Source: Eubacteriales bacterium (GTDB lineage Bacteria > Bacillota > Clostridia > Oscillospirales > QAKW01). From it: DNA of 64,000 nucleotides. Positions 61,972 to 64,000 of the stretch are shown here, one piece after another. The notes beneath the pieces were generated by a model, which saw only the letters and a list, made by a program, of their open reading frames with translations, made no database searches and was not told the origin of the DNA. Within the stretch, counting starts at the first letter, position 1, and the number at the start of each line of letters is the position of its first letter. The translations under genes and the position numbers were made by a program. The stretch is taken from positions 8,027 to 72,026 of the forward strand of contig JAZQAR010000040.1 in NCBI GenBank assembly GCA_045545315.1, read 5' to 3'.

Positions 61972-62763
61972 ATGTCTTTTTCATTGGACCAAAACCTTCG
62001 GATCACTGAATTACACACCTTTTTCCGCAAGACCCGCACCGCCGACTATCGGTTTCCCGGCGAAAGCCACGATTTTTGGGAGTTGGTCTGTGTAGAAGAG
62101 GGACGGGTGGGGATCACAGCCGGAGAACAGATCTTAGAACTGGAAGCAGGACAGGCTTTTTTGCACCCGCCTATGCAATTTCACAGTATCTACAGCACCG
62201 GCGACAGCTGTCCCACCTATTACGTTTTCACCTTCGCCGGGGTGAACGTGCCCGATTTTAAGGACTGCATTTGCCGGATCCCGGATCTTTCCCGGGTAAA
62301 AAGCCTTTACGAGCTGGGGCGCAAGACCTTCTATATGCACGAAGGCTGGATCCAGCGGCTGATGACGGAAGCCCCCAATCCCCTTCTGTTCACGAAGCAG
62401 CTGGAACTGTTGCTGTTGCAACTTTCCCAAAAGGAGCCGCCCCGTAACCGTACCCAAAGCGCCCAAAACTATGCGTTCATTATGCAGACCATTCATCAAA
62501 ATCTGCATCGACGGTTAACCGTTCCGGAACTGGCCGCCCTTTGCCGGATGAGCGAGATCAACCTGCAAAAAACCTTTTCCCGCTATGCGGGAGTGGGCGT
62601 GATGGAATATTTTACCCGCATTAAAATGCAACGGGCCATCGAATTTTTGCGTCAAGGCCTTTCGGTGAAAGAAGCGGCCCTGCAACTGGGCTATAAAGAC
62701 CAAAACTATTTCAGCACCGCCTTCAAGCGCATCACCGGCCACGCCCCCACCGATTACCGATAA
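61972..62763 (+). CDS. AraC-family transcriptional regulator (4 of 4)
   Basis: It has a cupin-like N-terminus and a C-terminal HTH pair (VPELAALCRMSEINLQKTFSRYAG...VKEAALQLGYKDQNYFSTAFKRITGHAPTDYR). Confidence 0.88.
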   Translation: MSFSLDQNLRITELHTFFRKTRTADYRFPGESHDFWELVCVEEGRVGITAGEQILELEAGQAFLHPPMQFHSIYSTGDSCPTYYVFTFAGVNVPDFKDCICRIPDLSRVKSLYELGRKTFYMHEGWIQRLMTEAPNPLLFTKQLELLLLQLSQKEPPRNRTQSAQNYAFIMQTIHQNLHRRLTVPELAALCRMSEINLQKTFSRYAGVGVMEYFTRIKMQRAIEFLRQGLSVKEAALQLGYKDQNYFSTAFKRITGHAPTDYR

Positions 62764-62769
62764 AAACAG

Positions 62770-62816
62770 CCGCCCGAAAAAGAGTTGTGATCTTCTCTTC
62801 TTCGGGCGGTTTTATT
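62770..62816. terminator. hairpin terminator
   Basis: ccgcccgaa (62770-62778) pairs with ttcgggcgg (62801-62809). The stem extends with one mismatch and is followed by ttttatt. Confidence 0.65.
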
Positions 62817-62819
62817 CAA

Positions 62820-64000
62820 TTACTCCCCTTCGATCAGGGTCTTGGTGTCAATATTCATAAATTTTTTAAAGGAATGGAACAGGGTTCTCTGATCGTAATA
62901 GGCGTCGAATTCGATCTCGTGGCGGCCTGCATTGGTCAGGAACTCCAGGAACAATTTGCTTGCTTCCTCGTTCTTCCCCAGGGCGAGGGCGATGAGAGCC
63001 TTAGCCAAACCTTTGCAATATTCGGTGTGGAACCGCAGCATCCGATAAGAGATCGCCTCAGGACGGCAGGCATAGGTGGTATGAGCCTTCGCCAGAGCCA
63101 ATCCTTCCTCGGCCAGCGCCTCTACCTTCTTCAATTGCTCAGCCATAGCGGGGTTATAATGCTTGCTGATAGAAAGATCCACAGACTTTTCGCCGCTCAC
63201 ATAAGCAAAATCGAAGGCATCGGAGATCTTTTGCATATAATCGGCAACCTTCTTCCAATCGGCACCGTAGGCATGGCTCATAAAGTCTTCCACGATCTCT
63301 TCATAGGAAAGATCGTTATCAAAGAGCGCCATAGCGTAGGTATACATATTCAGACCGTTGGGGAAGAAGCTTCTCTGGGAGCCATCTTCCACGTAGCCGT
63401 CGATCCCCAGTGCCTTCAGGCCGCGGATATCGTCGTAGATCCGGCGGCTGAAATACATCGCACCGGGATCCCGGTACTGATGGAGCCAGAAATGATATTC
63501 ATAGCTGAAGCAGGGACCCTTCCAGTTTTCCTTCCAGGTTCTCAAAAGGGCGATATTTTCCTCGCCGGAAACGGGGCGTTCCCAGGCGTTGCGCACGTAT
63601 TTGGGGGCGGCAGGGATCTTGCTTTCCCCGTTCATACTGGTGGTATAGGTACGGGTGATGGGGGCATAGAGCAGAGAGAACCGCTTGGGGTTCTTAATAA
63701 AGATCTTTTCGGGGCCCCACAAAGTATCCACATAGCAGATAAAGACGATCCGGGTAGCCAGGTTCCGGGCGGTGAGCAGCTCATCCAGCTCGTTCATGAT
63801 CATCATATAATAATCCGTGGGGATCATCTTACGGCATTCATCACATTCGCAATGGTTACAGGAGCCATCCGCCAGCCAAACGTGCAGGAAATCTACGTTC
63901 TGATGCTTTTCCGCATAATCGGCAATAGCCTTAGCCATAATGGAACGGGTCAGGGGGTTGGACATACAGAGGTTGGTGTTCAAAGGTACACCGCCCCGGA
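62820..64000 (-). CDS. DUF4838-like glycoside-hydrolase-associated protein, 5'-truncated by the window edge
   Basis: The frame stays open to position 64000, so the track's TTG at 63983 is internal. FLHVWLADGSCNHCECDECRKM resembles the CxCxxC block I associate with DUF4838. The family call is tentative. Confidence 0.45.
   Translation of the reverse strand, partial: RGGVPLNTNLCMSNPLTRSIMAKAIADYAEKHQNVDFLHVWLADGSCNHCECDECRKMIPTDYYMMIMNELDELLTARNLATRIVFICYVDTLWGPEKIFIKNPKRFSLLYAPITRTYTTSMNGESKIPAAPKYVRNAWERPVSGEENIALLRTWKENWKGPCFSYEYHFWLHQYRDPGAMYFSRRIYDDIRGLKALGIDGYVEDGSQRSFFPNGLNMYTYAMALFDNDLSYEEIVEDFMSHAYGADWKKVADYMQKISDAFDFAYVSGEKSVDLSISKHYNPAMAEQLKKVEALAEEGLALAKAHTTYACRPEAISYRMLRFHTEYCKGLAKALIALALGKNEEASKLFLEFLTNAGRHEIEFDAYYDQRTLFHSFKKFMNIDTKTLIEGE

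Noticed and set aside
1-64000. A whole-window search for mobile elements, a prophage, CRISPR-Cas, toxin-antitoxin or known defence systems
   Set aside because: I recognised no transposase, integrase, recombinase, cas, restriction-modification or phage structural genes, and no long terminal inverted or direct repeats. The only mobile-looking content is the small SLOG/XRE islet and the superinfection-immunity-like gene, both reported as low-to-moderate interest findings.

Overview
A 64-kb chromosomal window of about 55% GC, densely coding on both strands. It looks like a Gram-positive anaerobe of the Clostridia type; that call is inference from SLH domains, dockerin/cohesin modules, the Firmicute-style glgBCDAP operon, mini-RNase III and the walJ-like/rlmH pair. 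The housekeeping backbone comprises: glgB-glgC-glgD-glgA-glgP (0.4-8.5 kb); a CPBP protease and a cyclophilin; an rsmF-like/yitT/mrnC/phosphoesterase operon; an MBL hydrolase with rlmH; galM (interrupted) and ung; a lipid kinase; argCJBDF (31.7-36.8 kb) behind a perfect consensus promoter flanked by ARG-box-like sites; a PHP/nitroreductase pair; a Crp/Fnr regulator next to trxA-rubrerythrin; an LTA-synthase/ppa/ldhA operon. The most unusual locus is at 16.5-27.9 kb. It holds two tandem paralogous genes for giant secreted proteins (1646 and about 2094 aa). Each is built from repeated GLUG-like/parallel beta-helix modules and Cys/His-rich clusters, and each ends in a cohesin-like module fused directly to a type-I dockerin. 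The two genes share the same upstream architecture: a CAC-N5-GTG/TGTGAA motif, a fixed 52-nt spacing, then a TTAAAATA box. Other accessory-looking content: a low-GC SLOG(DUF1273)+XRE islet (10.2-11.0 kb); an SLH-anchored protein with three 336-bp tandem repeats (41.4-42.4 kb); and a 49.5-64 kb cytoplasmic sugar-catabolism island. That island has four AraC regulators, each divergent from a small catabolic unit (PnuC-like+BNR/sialidase-like; FAD oxidoreductase+small partner; GH63-like; Gfo/Idh/MocA+TIM-barrel; a second Gfo/Idh/MocA; DUF4838-like). I found no rRNA, tRNA, CRISPR array, transposase, integrase or recognisable riboswitch. The very long antisense ORFs in the track are codon-bias shadows, not genes. 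All family assignments rest on motif recognition by eye; no searches were run.
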